Numbered from the stretch's first letter, positions 1 to 10,388 are shown. The stretch is DNA of 41,579 nt from Bacteroidia bacterium (GCA_044371405.1 JBILTS010000003.1:1-41579), one strand, 5' to 3'. Program-made: numbers and translations. Notes: generated by a model not told the origin, from the sequence alone.

Positions 1-501
1 CCAGTGAAACTGCTGAATCATCAGACCGCCTAAAAAAATGAATAAAAACCGCATCAGCACGGCTCCTATCACCCCCCATACCAAAATTTTCTTTTGATCT
101 GCATTGCCGATTCCGAACGAACCAAAAATGAGAAGCATGACAAAAAGATTATCAACACTAAGAGAATACTCCACAAAATAGCCGGTTATATAACTAATTA
201 CTGCTTCGCTGGAAAAAGATGACTTGCACTTTTCCAGGTCGTCGTACACAATAAAATTACTGCCATACGCTGCCTTGAAAGCCCTGTAATCAGACACTGA
301 ATCAAGTCCATGAACATCATGATGAAAAAAATAAATCACCAATGAAAACAGAAGGCCAGCCGTGATCCACGCAAGTGTTCGCCACAATGCCTGTTTTGGC
401 GATACATTATTACTGCCTTTTCCGAGGTATCCCAAATCCATCGATAACCCAAACGCCACAAAACCAAGAAATCCCAATAAAAAGAACAGTTTAAAATCCA
501 T
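1..501 (-). CDS. TerC/Alx family integral membrane protein (partial, runs off window start)
   Basis: Not in ORF track. Manual translation from ATG at 501: MDFKLFFLLGFLGFVAFGLSMDLG...YITGYFVEYSLSVDNLFVMLLIFGSF...QKKILVWGVIGAVLMRFLFIFLGGLMIQQFHW. The ExSLSVDNLFV motif is the TerC signature. Confidence 0.93.
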   Translation of the reverse strand, partial: MDFKLFFLLGFLGFVAFGLSMDLGYLGKGSNNVSPKQALWRTLAWITAGLLFSLVIYFFHHDVHGLDSVSDYRAFKAAYGSNFIVYDDLEKCKSSFSSEAVISYITGYFVEYSLSVDNLFVMLLIFGSFGIGNADQKKILVWGVIGAVLMRFLFIFLGGLMIQQFHW

Positions 502-508
502 TTACCGG

Positions 509-516
509 CAAAATTA
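509..516 (-). promoter_or_regulatory. Bacteroidota -7 promoter box (TAATTTTG) for TerC gene
   Basis: Exact TAnnTTTG match, 7 nt before the ATG. Confidence 0.65.
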
Positions 517-548
517 GGTTTGACCATGCAATCACCCAACCTAAAGTT

Positions 549-556
549 TACTTTTG
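549..556 (+). promoter_or_regulatory. Bacteroidota -7 promoter box (TACTTTTG) for S46 peptidase
   Basis: Exact TAnnTTTG match. It overlaps the ORF-track TTG start, which favours the ATG at 578. Confidence 0.65.
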
Positions 557-577
557 CATCATAAATACAATTTTGTG

Positions 578-2695
578 ATGAGAAATATCGGAATTATCGT
601 TTTGACAACCCTGTTTGTGAGTCTCTTTACCCTATCTGCTACCAAGGATGAGGGCATGTTTCCGCTGAACTATCTGGATGAGAAAGCCCTTCAAAATGCA
701 GGACTAAAACTTTCAACCCGTGAATTGTTTTCGCCGGGAGAAGTTAGTTTGGCCAATGCACTGGTAAAAGTTGGGGGTTGTTCAGGTTCATTCATCTCTC
801 CGGAAGGCCTCATCATTACAAACCATCACTGCGTATACGGTGGGGTTGCAGATTTAAGCACTGCTGAAAAAAATTACCTGGAGAATGGATTTGTTGCATC
901 TGATAAATCGCTGGAGCTGCCCATCCAGATGCCTTGCAGAATCACGCAGTCGTTTGAAGATGTTTCCGGCATGGTCTTGCAGGGTGTCAGTAAAGATCTG
1001 AATCCTTCTGACAGGGCCAAAGCAATATCAACCAACATTAAAAACATTTTGACAAAGGAAAAAGCGGAAAACCCGGAATTATCGGTTGAAGTTTCGGAGA
1101 TGTTTGTCGGAAAAAGTTACATGCTGTTTCGATATATTCTAATTCCGGACGTCAGATTGGTTTTCGCACCGCCCGTCACGATTGGCCAATTTGGAGGAGA
1201 CCTCGACAATTGGGAATGGCCGCGACATAATGGGGATTTCAGTATGGTACGTGCCTATGTGGGTCCGGATGGAAAACCTGCTCCCTACAGCAAAAACAAT
1301 GTACCCTTTAAACCTAAAAGGCATCTAAAAATCAATGCCAATGGTACCAAAGAAGGAGATTTCGTCTTCATCATGGGTTATCCCGGCCGTACTTTCAGAC
1401 ATGAAAGTGCCCCTTATCTGAAATTCCAGCAGGAAAAACAATTACCACTGATTCAAAAATGGTACGCTTCCTACATCAGACAAATGAAAATGCTTAGTGA
1501 AGGTAATGAAGCCAAATTTCTTGCTTTTGCAAAAGAAATTCAAAGTCTGGAAAATGTAGAAAAAAACTATAGGGGTAAAATACAGGGGCTGACAAGAACA
1601 GGTTTGTTGAGCCAAAAACAGTCAGATGAACAAGCAATGCACGCAACAGCCCTTAACAATAGCATCGACAGTAGAAAAAACATTATCCCAAATCTTAACA
1701 TCCTCTGGGATAGAAAAAGTATGCTTGCGGATCAACGTTTCAACTATCTTTTTCTAAGCAATCAGTCCTCTCCATTCTTCGCAGCTCAGGCTATTCGCTC
1801 ATATGCAAAATCCTATGCATCGGCACCTTCCGCCGTAGACAAACAAAAAGTAATCAATGAATTTAGCAAGAGTTTAAGCCAAAACTACACAATCGTGGAT
1901 AAAGATCTTGAAATCTGGGTTCTTCAGGAATTACTGCCCAGAATAAACGCATTGAGAAAAGACAAAATTAAATCCAATGGAAAACAAGATCTTAAATCCT
2001 GGATATCTACTGCAATCATCAAAGATAAACTGATGGATAGCGGTTTTGTATTTAAAACCTTAAGAACCCGCCCCGAGAAATTACTGCAATTAAAGAGCCC
2101 TATCACACGGCTTTACGATGAGTTGGCCGACGAAGCGTTCGCCATTGAAACTGAATGGACCCAAATTGATCAGCAGCTAAAAGCCATCATGCCAGAGTAT
2201 CTTGACATGAAGGAAGATTTCAAAAAAGGTCAATTTATACCGGATGCAAACAGCACTTTACGATTAACATATGGGTATATTAAACGTTACAAGCCCAATG
2301 ACGCTGAAATTCACCTTCCCTACACTACCTTGAAAGGTGTTTTTGAAAAAGCAAATACCGCGGCTGATTACAGACTTCCATCGGTGGTAGCGGACCAACT
2401 TAGAATTAAGGATATTCCCGTAATTTTCAAGGATAAGGAAACTGGCGAAGTGGCTGTTGCATTTTTATACAACCTAGACACTACAGGTGGAAATAGTGGA
2501 AGTGCGGTTTTGGATGCAGAAGGAAATCTTATTGGGGTTAATTTTGACAGAAGTTTCACGGCTACAATCAATGACTATGCCTGGAATGATCAATACAGTC
2601 GTAGCATTGGCTGTGATATACGGTATGTTTTGTTTGTTGTCAAATACGTAGGCAAAGCAAATCACCTGTTGGCTGAAATGGGCCTGAATATATGA
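578..2695 (+). CDS. S46 family dipeptidyl peptidase (DPP11-like)
   Basis: Signal peptide then DEGMF, GGCSGSFIS, TNHHC (His), NWEWPRHNGDFS (Asp), DTTGGNSGS (Ser), NFDR. Start moved to the ATG at 578. Confidence 0.93.
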   Translation: MRNIGIIVLTTLFVSLFTLSATKDEGMFPLNYLDEKALQNAGLKLSTRELFSPGEVSLANALVKVGGCSGSFISPEGLIITNHHCVYGGVADLSTAEKNYLENGFVASDKSLELPIQMPCRITQSFEDVSGMVLQGVSKDLNPSDRAKAISTNIKNILTKEKAENPELSVEVSEMFVGKSYMLFRYILIPDVRLVFAPPVTIGQFGGDLDNWEWPRHNGDFSMVRAYVGPDGKPAPYSKNNVPFKPKRHLKINANGTKEGDFVFIMGYPGRTFRHESAPYLKFQQEKQLPLIQKWYASYIRQMKMLSEGNEAKFLAFAKEIQSLENVEKNYRGKIQGLTRTGLLSQKQSDEQAMHATALNNSIDSRKNIIPNLNILWDRKSMLADQRFNYLFLSNQSSPFFAAQAIRSYAKSYASAPSAVDKQKVINEFSKSLSQNYTIVDKDLEIWVLQELLPRINALRKDKIKSNGKQDLKSWISTAIIKDKLMDSGFVFKTLRTRPEKLLQLKSPITRLYDELADEAFAIETEWTQIDQQLKAIMPEYLDMKEDFKKGQFIPDANSTLRLTYGYIKRYKPNDAEIHLPYTTLKGVFEKANTAADYRLPSVVADQLRIKDIPVIFKDKETGEVAVAFLYNLDTTGGNSGSAVLDAEGNLIGVNFDRSFTATINDYAWNDQYSRSIGCDIRYVLFVVKYVGKANHLLAEMGLNI

Positions 2696-2767
2696 TTTAA
2701 ACTCCTAGGTAATATAAGTTACATTCCCAGCAGAAAAAACCGCTTTACTTTGCAGTAATAATAAAAC

Positions 2768-3076
2768 ATGGGAATTTTATCATTATTATTCGGAAAGAAA
2801 GAAGCCATAAACTTCAAAGAACTGGTCAACCAAGGTGCTGTAATCCTTGATGTGCGGACTACCAATGAGTTCAAGTCAGGGCACATTGAAAACGCCAAAA
2901 ACATTTCGGTTCAGCAACTTATCTTACAACTCAATAAGTTAAACAACAAAACACCTGTTATCACTTGCTGTGCTTCAGGGATGAGAAGTGCTTCTGCAGT
3001 GAGTATTCTAAAAAAAGCCGGTTTTGAAGCGTACGATGGGGGCAGCTGGCTATCACTTCAAAAGAAATTATCATGA
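2768..3076 (+). CDS. Single-domain rhodanese-like protein
   Basis: ILDVRTTNEFKSGHI and CCASGMRS active-site loop. Confidence 0.92.
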   Translation: MGILSLLFGKKEAINFKELVNQGAVILDVRTTNEFKSGHIENAKNISVQQLILQLNKLNNKTPVITCCASGMRSASAVSILKKAGFEAYDGGSWLSLQKKLS

Positions 3077-3378
3077 GCAAGCATGAATCATTTGATTCGC
3101 TGATAAACTGTGATGTTCCTGTGCTTGTAGATTTTCACGCTACCTGGTGTGGCCCATGCAAAACGCTTGCACCTATTTTAGAGCAAGTAAAAAGAACACT
3201 GGGAAATTCCATTAAGATTATAAAGATCGATATAGATAAAAATCCGGTACTTGCCAGTAATCTTAATGTGAGCGGAGTACCAACACTAATGGTTTTTAAA
3301 GGAGGAAAACTCACCGCCAGAAAATCAGGGGTTATACCTGCGCAAGAAATTATCAGACTTATTCAAACAGGGGCATAA
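3073..3378 (+). CDS. trxA: Thioredoxin
   Basis: VDFHATWCGPC and GVPTL motifs. ATGA overlap with the rhodanese stop. Confidence 0.93.
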   Translation: MSKHESFDSLINCDVPVLVDFHATWCGPCKTLAPILEQVKRTLGNSIKIIKIDIDKNPVLASNLNVSGVPTLMVFKGGKLTARKSGVIPAQEIIRLIQTGA

Positions 3379-3410
3379 AAAAAAGAGCATCCAGTAGGAT
3401 GCTCTTTTTT
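3377..3410. terminator. Bidirectional intrinsic terminator between trxA and rplQ
   Basis: AAAAAAGAGCATCC-AGTA-GGATGCTCTTTTTT perfect hairpin with A and T tracts, between convergent genes. Confidence 0.9.
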
Positions 3411-3426
3411 ATTTAAAGATAAATGT

Positions 3427-4113
3427 TTACTCTGGTTTATTTTCATCTTCAGTAGCCGCTTCCTCTGAAGGAGTGTTATCGGTTGATTCCTTAGTTTCGG
3501 TTTCGGTTTCAGTTTCGGCTGTAACCTCTTCAACTTGAGCAATATCAACAGTCTCGGTTGTGGTTGTTTCTTCCACCATATTTTCCACAGCGGCGGGGGT
3601 TTCTTCAATTACCGCTGGTTCAATTTCTTCTGCAACAACCGGCACTTCAGCTACTGGTGCTGAAACCTTAGGAGTAGCAGTAGCAGAAGACTTGCTGCGA
3701 CCGCGACGGGTTTTCTTAGCATCCTTCTTATCGGTACCAAAACCCTGGAAGTATTCGTTAAAATCAACGAGCTCAATGAAAGCCATCTCTGCGTTGTCAC
3801 CCATACGGTTTCCTACTTTCAGAATACGGGTATAACCACCGGGTCTGTTTGAAACCTTTGTTCCCACAACGGTAAACAATTCTTTTACAGCTTCCTTGTC
3901 TTTTAAATAAGCAAAAACAGTTCTCTGGTTGTGTGTAGTAGAATCCTTACCCTTAGTAATAAGAGGTTCTATGTAGGTCCTTAATGCTTTGGCTTTAGCC
4001 AAAGTAGTAGTGATACGTTTATGGATAATCAGTGATGATGCCATATTGGCCATCAATGCTTTGCGGTGAGGAGCTGTGCGTCCTAAATGATTTACTTTTT
4101 TCCCGTGTCTCAT
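3427..4113 (-). CDS. rplQ: 50S ribosomal protein bL17 with long acidic C-terminal extension
   Basis: [13 protein letters not shown]...[10 protein letters not shown]...ELVDFNE; follows rpoA. Confidence 0.98.
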   Translation of the reverse strand: MRHGKKVNHLGRTAPHRKALMANMASSLIIHKRITTTLAKAKALRTYIEPLITKGKDSTTHNQRTVFAYLKDKEAVKELFTVVGTKVSNRPGGYTRILKVGNRMGDNAEMAFIELVDFNEYFQGFGTDKKDAKKTRRGRSKSSATATPKVSAPVAEVPVVAEEIEPAVIEETPAAVENMVEETTTTETVDIAQVEEVTAETETETETKESTDNTPSEEAATEDENKPE

Positions 4114-4118
4114 TGCCC

Positions 4119-5111
4119 TTAGTCTTCGTTTAAGTTATACTTGGCGATTTCCATTCCAAAGTGGAGTCCTTTGTCACGAACAAATTCCTCTAGTTCTGAC
4201 AATGACTTCTTACCAAAATTGCGGAATTTTAGAAGATCGTCAATGTGATATTGTACCAATTCTCCTAATGTCTTAATCTCGGCGGCCTTCAAACAGTTGT
4301 AGGCACGAACAGAAAGGTCAAGATCAGCCAGGGGAGTTTTCAGGATTTTACGCATTTGCAAGAACCCTTCGTCTACCTCTTCAACTGCTTTGCTTGCTTT
4401 TGACTCAGGCATGATATTCTCATCACTGAAGAGAACAAAGTGTTGAATCAAAATCTTGGCGGCTTCTTTCAATGCCTCTTCCGGATGAATACTGCCATCG
4501 GTAGTAACTTCCATTACCAATTTTTCGTAATCGGTACGCTGTTCTACACGGAAATCTTCTACGCTGTATTTAACGTTTCTGATTGGTGTAAAAATGCTAT
4601 CCGTTGCGATTAACCCGATGGGGGCATCCTTAACTTTATTTTCTTCTGCAGGAACATAACCCCGGCCTTTGCCAATGGTAAGTTCCAACTCAAGATTCAC
4701 AGTCGGTTCAAGATTACACACCACCAGTTCAGGATTCAAAATATTAAAAGAATTGGTGTATCTGCCAATATCACCGGCTAAAAATTGATCTTTACCTTTT
4801 AAGCTAATGAAAATCTTTTCATTGTCATCGGTAGAAGAATTGGCTTTGAAACGAACCTGCTTGAGGTTAAGGATGATTTCCAACACATCTTCCACCACAC
4901 CTTTTATGGTAGAGAATTCGTGGTCTACACCTTGAATTTTAATAGATGTGATTGCATATCCTTCCAATGAGGAAAGTAATATGCGACGCATGGCATTACC
5001 AATGGTAACACCATAGCCTTTTTCCAGAGGTGAGAATTCAAACACTCCGTGGAAATCGGTGGCTTTGTTCATTACCACCTTATTGGGTTTTTGAAAAGGA
5101 ATAACTCCCAT
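4119..5111 (-). CDS. rpoA: RNA polymerase subunit alpha
   Basis: [21 protein letters not shown] and [10 protein letters not shown] motifs. Confidence 0.99.
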   Translation of the reverse strand: MGVIPFQKPNKVVMNKATDFHGVFEFSPLEKGYGVTIGNAMRRILLSSLEGYAITSIKIQGVDHEFSTIKGVVEDVLEIILNLKQVRFKANSSTDDNEKIFISLKGKDQFLAGDIGRYTNSFNILNPELVVCNLEPTVNLELELTIGKGRGYVPAEENKVKDAPIGLIATDSIFTPIRNVKYSVEDFRVEQRTDYEKLVMEVTTDGSIHPEEALKEAAKILIQHFVLFSDENIMPESKASKAVEEVDEGFLQMRKILKTPLADLDLSVRAYNCLKAAEIKTLGELVQYHIDDLLKFRNFGKKSLSELEEFVRDKGLHFGMEIAKYNLNED

Positions 5112-5132
5112 TTTTTGTTTTTTTTTAAGTTA

Positions 5133-5738
5133 TTATTTTGAGTACAATTCCACAATCAGCTGTTCCTTGATGTTCTCAGGAATTTCCGAACGCTCAGGAT
5201 AGCTGATAAATTTACCTGACAATTCTCCACCATCCCATTCCAACCAGTTGAACCGCTTACGAACACCGCCTGCTGATTCTGAAATAACCTCGAGAGATTT
5301 ACTGCGCTCACGAACGGAAACCGTATCACCGGGTTTGAGTTGATAGCTTGGTATATTAACTACGGAGCCGTTAACCAGAATGTGACAGTGGCCTACAAGC
5401 TGACGGGCGGCACGACGTGTGGGTGCAATACCCAAACGAAACACAGTGTTGTCTAACCGTGCTTCGAGAAACTTTAGCAGATTTTCGCCCGTAATACCCT
5501 TTTTCGCAGCGGCTTTTTTAAACAAGTTTCTAAATTGCTTCTCCAATAACCCGTAGGTGTATTTAGCTTTCTGCTTCTCGGCCAACTGTACCGCATATTC
5601 GGACAATTTGGGTCTTCTGCGGCTGTTGCCGTGCTGACCCGGGCCATAATTTTTCTTTTCCAATGCCTTATCGCGACCGAAAATGGGCTCGCGGAAGCGA
5701 CGGGCTACTTTTGATTTTGGACCTCTGTATCTTGCCAT
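5133..5738 (-). CDS. rpsD: 30S ribosomal protein uS4
   Basis: MARYRGP...[13 protein letters not shown]...IVELYSK. Confidence 0.99.
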   Translation of the reverse strand: MARYRGPKSKVARRFREPIFGRDKALEKKNYGPGQHGNSRRRPKLSEYAVQLAEKQKAKYTYGLLEKQFRNLFKKAAAKKGITGENLLKFLEARLDNTVFRLGIAPTRRAARQLVGHCHILVNGSVVNIPSYQLKPGDTVSVRERSKSLEVISESAGGVRKRFNWLEWDGGELSGKFISYPERSEIPENIKEQLIVELYSK

Positions 5739-5763
5739 GAATTATTATTCTTTATAAATTAAA

Positions 5764-6147
5764 TTAAACCCTACGACGCTTTGGTGGACGACAGCCGTTG
5801 TGAGGCATGGGGGTTATGTCTGTGATAGATATAACCTCAAGACCAACTGTTTGCAGGTTACGAATCGCACTATCACGTCCACCGCCTGGACCTTTCACAA
5901 AAACATCTACTTTGCGGAGACCGGAATCAAATGCTGTTTTTGCACAATCTAGAGATGCCATTTGTGCAGCATAAGGGGTATTTTTCTTAGATCCTCTGAA
6001 ACCCATTTTGCCGGCTGAGGACCAGGAAATTACCTGACCTTCGGTGTTAGTCACCGACACAATGATATTGTTAAAAGTAGCGTGTATGTGTACTTGTCCG
6101 TGAGGATCTACTTTTACTTTCTTTTTGGTTACTTTTTTAGTTGCCAT
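5764..6147 (-). CDS. rpsK: 30S ribosomal protein uS11
   Basis: [29 protein letters not shown]. Confidence 0.99.
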   Translation of the reverse strand: MATKKVTKKKVKVDPHGQVHIHATFNNIIVSVTNTEGQVISWSSAGKMGFRGSKKNTPYAAQMASLDCAKTAFDSGLRKVDVFVKGPGGGRDSAIRNLQTVGLEVISITDITPMPHNGCRPPKRRRV

Positions 6148-6161
6148 TTCCCTGTTATCTA

Positions 6162-6539
6162 TTATTTAGTAGCCTTTTTCTTGCCTGCTACTGTTTTACG
6201 TTTACCCTTCCTGGTACGGGCATTGGTGCTCGTACGCTGACCTCTTACAGGCAAGCCCTTACGATGTCTTAAACCGCGGTAGCATCCGATATCCATTAAA
6301 CGTTTAATGTTCAATTGGGTTTCACTGCGCAGTTCTCCCTCTGTTTTGAGATTATTGGTGATAAATCCACGTATTTTGGACAAATCATCGTCATCCCAAT
6401 CATTTACTTTTTTGTCGCGGCTAATTCCGGAATGATCCAAAATTCTTGCTGCGGTGCTTGGACCTATACCGAAAATGTAGGTCAGTCCTATAACACCTCT
6501 TTTGTTCTTGGGTAAATCTATACCTGCTATCCTGGCCAT
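6162..6539 (-). CDS. rpsM: 30S ribosomal protein uS13
   Basis: [10 protein letters not shown]...[18 protein letters not shown]. Confidence 0.99.
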   Translation of the reverse strand: MARIAGIDLPKNKRGVIGLTYIFGIGPSTAARILDHSGISRDKKVNDWDDDDLSKIRGFITNNLKTEGELRSETQLNIKRLMDIGCYRGLRHRKGLPVRGQRTSTNARTRKGKRKTVAGKKKATK

Positions 6540-6545
6540 TGTTTT

Positions 6546-6662
6546 TTAACCTTGTCTTTGTTTAAACTTGGGATTCTTCTTGTTAATTACGTACACCTTT
6601 CCGTTACGGCGTACAATCTTGCAGTCTACACTGCGCTTTTTTACTGAAGTTCTGACTTTCAT
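6546..6662 (-). CDS. rpmJ: 50S ribosomal protein bL36 (form lacking the zinc ribbon)
   Basis: Below the ORF-track length cutoff. Manual translation [38 protein letters not shown], between infA and rpsM. Confidence 0.97.
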   Translation of the reverse strand: MKVRTSVKKRSVDCKIVRRNGKVYVINKKNPKFKQRQG

Positions 6663-6666
6663 ATCT

Positions 6667-6885
6667 TTACTTGTATCTGTAAGAGATCCTTCCTCTTGTT
6701 AAGTCATAGGGTGACATTTCTACCTGCACCTTATCACCGGGTAGGATTCTAATGTAATGCATTCTCATTTTTCCTGAAATGGTAGCAATAATTTCATGCC
6801 CATTCTGGAGCTTAACACGAAACATTGCATTAGACAATGCTTCTGTAATCACTCCGTCTTGTTTTATGGCATCTTGCTTTGGCAT
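6667..6885 (-). CDS. infA: Translation initiation factor IF-1
   Basis: ALSNAMFRV...[18 protein letters not shown]...[10 protein letters not shown]. Confidence 0.99.
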   Translation of the reverse strand: MPKQDAIKQDGVITEALSNAMFRVKLQNGHEIIATISGKMRMHYIRILPGDKVQVEMSPYDLTRGRISYRYK

Positions 6886-6898
6886 TTCAAAAGGGCTG

Positions 6899-6906
6899 CA
6901 AAAATA
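6899..6906 (-). promoter_or_regulatory. Internal -7 promoter box (TATTTTTG) upstream of infA
   Basis: Exact TAnnTTTG match in the secY-infA gap, 13 nt before the ATG. Confidence 0.65.
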
Positions 6907-6918
6907 GTGTTTTTTTTG

Positions 6919-8286
6919 TTAATAATCAACTTGGGGTGAATTACCCGTGAAACGACCCTTCAAACGGCCACTGCTCATTAGGCCATCATACTTTCTCATA
7001 AGCAAATAACTGTCTATTTGCTGAAGTGTATCCAAAACAACACCCACCAAAATGAGCAAACTGGTTCCTCCAAAGAATTGACTGAACTCCTGATTTACAC
7101 CTAAATTCCCTGCAACAACCGGCAGAACAGCCACCAAAGAGATAAAAATGGCTCCAGGCAACGTGATTCTGCTGATGATATCATCAATAAAATTAGCCGT
7201 TTGCTTTCCGGGTTTGATACCTGGGATAAAACCATTGTTCCGTTTCATATCGTCTGCCATCTGCACGGGATTAAAAATAATGGCCGTATAGAAGTATGTG
7301 AAGAGAACAATGAGGGTTACCATGAGGGCATTGTGACCGAAACTATTCGGATTGGTGAGACTCATTAACCAACCTGGCACACCTCCCTGGTCATAGAAAC
7401 CGGCAATTGTTGCTGGAAGGAACAGTATAGCCTGAGCAAAAATGATGGGCATAACACCAGCTGCAAGAATTTTGATGGGCAGGTATTGTCTTACGCCACC
7501 ATACTGCCGGTTACCTACTACGCGCTTGGCGTAATTAATGGTAATTTTTCTGGTTCCTTGGGTGAGTAGTATAACGCCCAGAATGATGAGCGCCCATATC
7601 ACTAATTCAATGAGGAAAAGGATAAAACTGGCGCGCTGTCCTGCAAATGCGAATTCAGAGAATAAGGCATTGGGGAGTCGCGCAATGATACCCACCATAA
7701 TGAGTAGGGATATTCCATTACCCAGGCCACGGTCCGTGATACGTTCGCCCATCCACATGGTGAACATGGTACCTGCGGTCAACAAAATAATGTTTGTAAA
7801 AATAAACATACCCTGAGACATGGCCTCACTGTTCAAAAACAGGAGTGCACCCTGATACTGTGGATTGCCTATAAACTGGTTCAAATATCCGAATGCTTGC
7901 ACACCTGTAAAAGCGATGGTAAGTATGCGAGTGTACTGATTGATTTTCCTTCTGCCCTCTTCTCCTTCTTTTTGCAATCTCTGAAATGCAGGAATTGCTA
8001 TTGAGACCAATTGCATGAAAATGCTGGCTGAGATGTAGGGCATGATTCCTAGCGCAAAAATTGCACCCCTGTTCCAGGCACCTCCGGCAAATGTGTTGAT
8101 CAGGTCAAGAATGTTATTCTTGTTCTGATTGCTCATGTTTATTTCCAGTACTGAGCTATCAATACCAGGAAGGATAACAAAGGATCCTAAGCGATAAACA
8201 GACAGCAGCAGAAAGGTATATAAAATACGCCTTCTTAGCTCTTCAATAGACCAGATATGTTTTAGGGTTTCAATCAGCTTTTTCAT
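6919..8286 (-). CDS. secY: Preprotein translocase subunit SecY
   Basis: IFALGIMPYISASI, GLGNGISLLI, AGVMPIIFA, FIPGIKPG, FGGTSLLI. Confidence 0.99.
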   Translation of the reverse strand: MKKLIETLKHIWSIEELRRRILYTFLLLSVYRLGSFVILPGIDSSVLEINMSNQNKNNILDLINTFAGGAWNRGAIFALGIMPYISASIFMQLVSIAIPAFQRLQKEGEEGRRKINQYTRILTIAFTGVQAFGYLNQFIGNPQYQGALLFLNSEAMSQGMFIFTNIILLTAGTMFTMWMGERITDRGLGNGISLLIMVGIIARLPNALFSEFAFAGQRASFILFLIELVIWALIILGVILLTQGTRKITINYAKRVVGNRQYGGVRQYLPIKILAAGVMPIIFAQAILFLPATIAGFYDQGGVPGWLMSLTNPNSFGHNALMVTLIVLFTYFYTAIIFNPVQMADDMKRNNGFIPGIKPGKQTANFIDDIISRITLPGAIFISLVAVLPVVAGNLGVNQEFSQFFGGTSLLILVGVVLDTLQQIDSYLLMRKYDGLMSSGRLKGRFTGNSPQVDY

Positions 8287-8290
8287 GGTA

Positions 8291-8740
8291 TCAACCTATC
8301 AGGTGAGCAGAGCCACCGGCTTTTTCTATTGCAGATTTGGCGGTTTCACTGAATTTGTGGGCATGTACCTCAACGCCGGCTTTAATTTCACCACGGCCGA
8401 GAACTTTTACTAATTCTGTTTTGCCTACCAAGTGTTTTTTTACAAGCAGCTCGTGATCTATTTTATTAACCTTCAGCGAATCGGCAAGACCTTGAAGAAC
8501 ATCAAGATTAATTGCTGCATATTCAACACGGTTGATATTTTTAAATCCGCCCTTGGGAATACGGCGCTGTAAGGGCATTTGACCACCCTCAAAACCGATT
8601 TTTCTTGAGTAACCGGTACGTGATTGTGCTCCCTTATGACCTTTGGTAGAAGTTCCGCCTCTGCCGGATCCCTCACCGCGACCAATACGTTTTCTATTTT
8701 TGGTAGAACCTGCAGCAGGTTTTAAATTACTTAAATTCAT
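8291..8740 (-). CDS. rplO: 50S ribosomal protein uL15
   Basis: RIGRGEGSG, GFEGGQMPLQRRIPK. Confidence 0.99.
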   Translation of the reverse strand: MNLSNLKPAAGSTKNRKRIGRGEGSGRGGTSTKGHKGAQSRTGYSRKIGFEGGQMPLQRRIPKGGFKNINRVEYAAINLDVLQGLADSLKVNKIDHELLVKKHLVGKTELVKVLGRGEIKAGVEVHAHKFSETAKSAIEKAGGSAHLIG

Positions 8741-8741
8741 G

Positions 8742-8924
8742 TTACTTGGTATTTTCTACTTTGATAAGGTGATTTACAGTGTTGATCATACCCTGAATTT
8801 GATTGTTCAGTTCTACAACAGCACTTGCATTAATTTTACGGAGACCTAAAGCACGCAGCGTAGCTTTTTGGTTTTTAGGGTAACCTATACCACTTTTAAC
8901 CAGTGTTATTTTTACTTTTCCCAT
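8742..8924 (-). CDS. rpmD: 50S ribosomal protein uL30
   Basis: KITLVKSGIG...ATLRALGLRK; position in spc cluster. Confidence 0.97.
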   Translation of the reverse strand: MGKVKITLVKSGIGYPKNQKATLRALGLRKINASAVVELNNQIQGMINTVNHLIKVENTK

Positions 8925-8928
8925 GATC

Positions 8929-9447
8929 CTATCCGTTAAATACTTTTTTAAGGTTAATGTTTCTCATTTTAGCTACTGCATAAGGATCTCTCATGGTGGT
9001 GAGTGCATCGAAAGTTGCTTTTACCACGTTATGAGGGTTGGATGATCCTTTGGATTTAGCCAACACATCGGTTACACCGGCACTTTCCAAAACGGCACGC
9101 ATAGCACCTCCGGCGATTACACCGGTACCATGAGCAGCTGGTTTAAGAAATACGCGGCCTCCACCAAATTTTCCGGATTGTTCGTGAGGAACAGTTCCGT
9201 TAATTACAGGAACTTTGATAAGATTTTTCTTAGCATCTTCAATTCCTTTATTTACGGCATCCATTACCTCATTGGAGCGACCCAGGCCATGCCCTACCAC
9301 ACCATTTCCATCTCCAACTACTACGAGGGCACTGAAGCTGAAGGTACGACCACCCTTGGTTACTTTAGCAACACGATTGATGGAGACCACCTTTTCGGTG
9401 AGCGTCAACTCTCCGGGTCTCACACGCTTATTTATATTTTCAGACAT
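8929..9447 (-). CDS. rpsE: 30S ribosomal protein uS5
   Basis: [30 protein letters not shown]. Confidence 0.99.
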   Translation of the reverse strand: MSENINKRVRPGELTLTEKVVSINRVAKVTKGGRTFSFSALVVVGDGNGVVGHGLGRSNEVMDAVNKGIEDAKKNLIKVPVINGTVPHEQSGKFGGGRVFLKPAAHGTGVIAGGAMRAVLESAGVTDVLAKSKGSSNPHNVVKATFDALTTMRDPYAVAKMRNINLKKVFNG

Positions 9448-9467
9448 TTGAATGACTACTTAAATGA

Positions 9468-9824
9468 TTAAAATTCCAAACCTCCTTCACGGGCAGCGTC
9501 TGCCAAGCTTTTAACTCGACCATGATACAAATAGCCACCACGATCAAATACAACAGATTTGATACCTGCAGCCATGGCTTTCTCAGCCAATTTTTTACCT
9601 ACCAATGCAGATTTGGCTACTTTGTTATCTTTAACATCCTTGATTCCATCTTCTGAAGATGAAGCAGCACACAGGGTAACACCCTTGCTGTCATCAATAA
9701 TCTGGGCATAGATATCTTTATTGCTGCGGTAAACACTCAGGCGAGGCCTGGCAGTGGTGCCACTAATACGACCGCGGATGCGGCTGCGAATTTTATTTCT
9801 TCTTTGTACTACTGATTTTGACAT
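9468..9824 (-). CDS. rplR: 50S ribosomal protein uL18
   Basis: [24 protein letters not shown]. Confidence 0.99.
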   Translation of the reverse strand: MSKSVVQRRNKIRSRIRGRISGTTARPRLSVYRSNKDIYAQIIDDSKGVTLCAASSSEDGIKDVKDNKVAKSALVGKKLAEKAMAAGIKSVVFDRGGYLYHGRVKSLADAAREGGLEF

Positions 9825-9836
9825 AACTCGTTACAA

Positions 9837-10388
9837 TTATTTAGATGCTGACTTACCCGCTTTCTTTCTCAATACCTCACCGGCAAATTTGATACCTTTA
9901 CCTTTATACGGCTCGGGCTTGCGGAATGAGCGAATTTTAGCAGCAATCTGTCCCAGAAGTTGTTTATCGGCACACTCCATAGTAATGGAAGGATTTTGAC
10001 CCTTCAAAGTCTCTGTGGTAACTTTTATTTCTTTGGGAATCTCCAACATTATGCGGTGAGAATAACCAAGGGTAAAATCTACCAGATTGCCTTGATTGGA
10101 TACTTTGTAACCAACGCCGACTAATTCCTGCTTAACTGAGTGCCCTTGGCTAACACCAACAACCATGTTATAAATCAAAGCACGGTACAAACCATGCAAT
10201 GCTTTATGTTGTTTGCTGTCGCTTGGGCGATTGACTGTCAGCACTCCATCGGTTATCTCTGTGGTGATATCGGTTCCGATGTATTGCGACACTTCTCCTT
10301 TTGGACCCTTGGCAGTGACATTACCGTTATCATTGGTAACAGTAACGCCTGCCGGGATTGTGATGGGTGCTTTTCCTACGCGTGACAT
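9837..10388 (-). CDS. rplF: 50S ribosomal protein uL6
   Basis: MSRVGKAPI, RKPEPYKGKGI. Confidence 0.99.
   Translation of the reverse strand: MSRVGKAPITIPAGVTVTNDNGNVTAKGPKGEVSQYIGTDITTEITDGVLTVNRPSDSKQHKALHGLYRALIYNMVVGVSQGHSVKQELVGVGYKVSNQGNLVDFTLGYSHRIMLEIPKEIKVTTETLKGQNPSITMECADKQLLGQIAAKIRSFRKPEPYKGKGIKFAGEVLRKKAGKSASK

Noticed and set aside
6546-6662. bL36 and uS14 lacking complete zinc-ribbon cysteines
   Set aside because: These are the usual forms in Bacteroidota core operons, not zinc-starvation paralogs.
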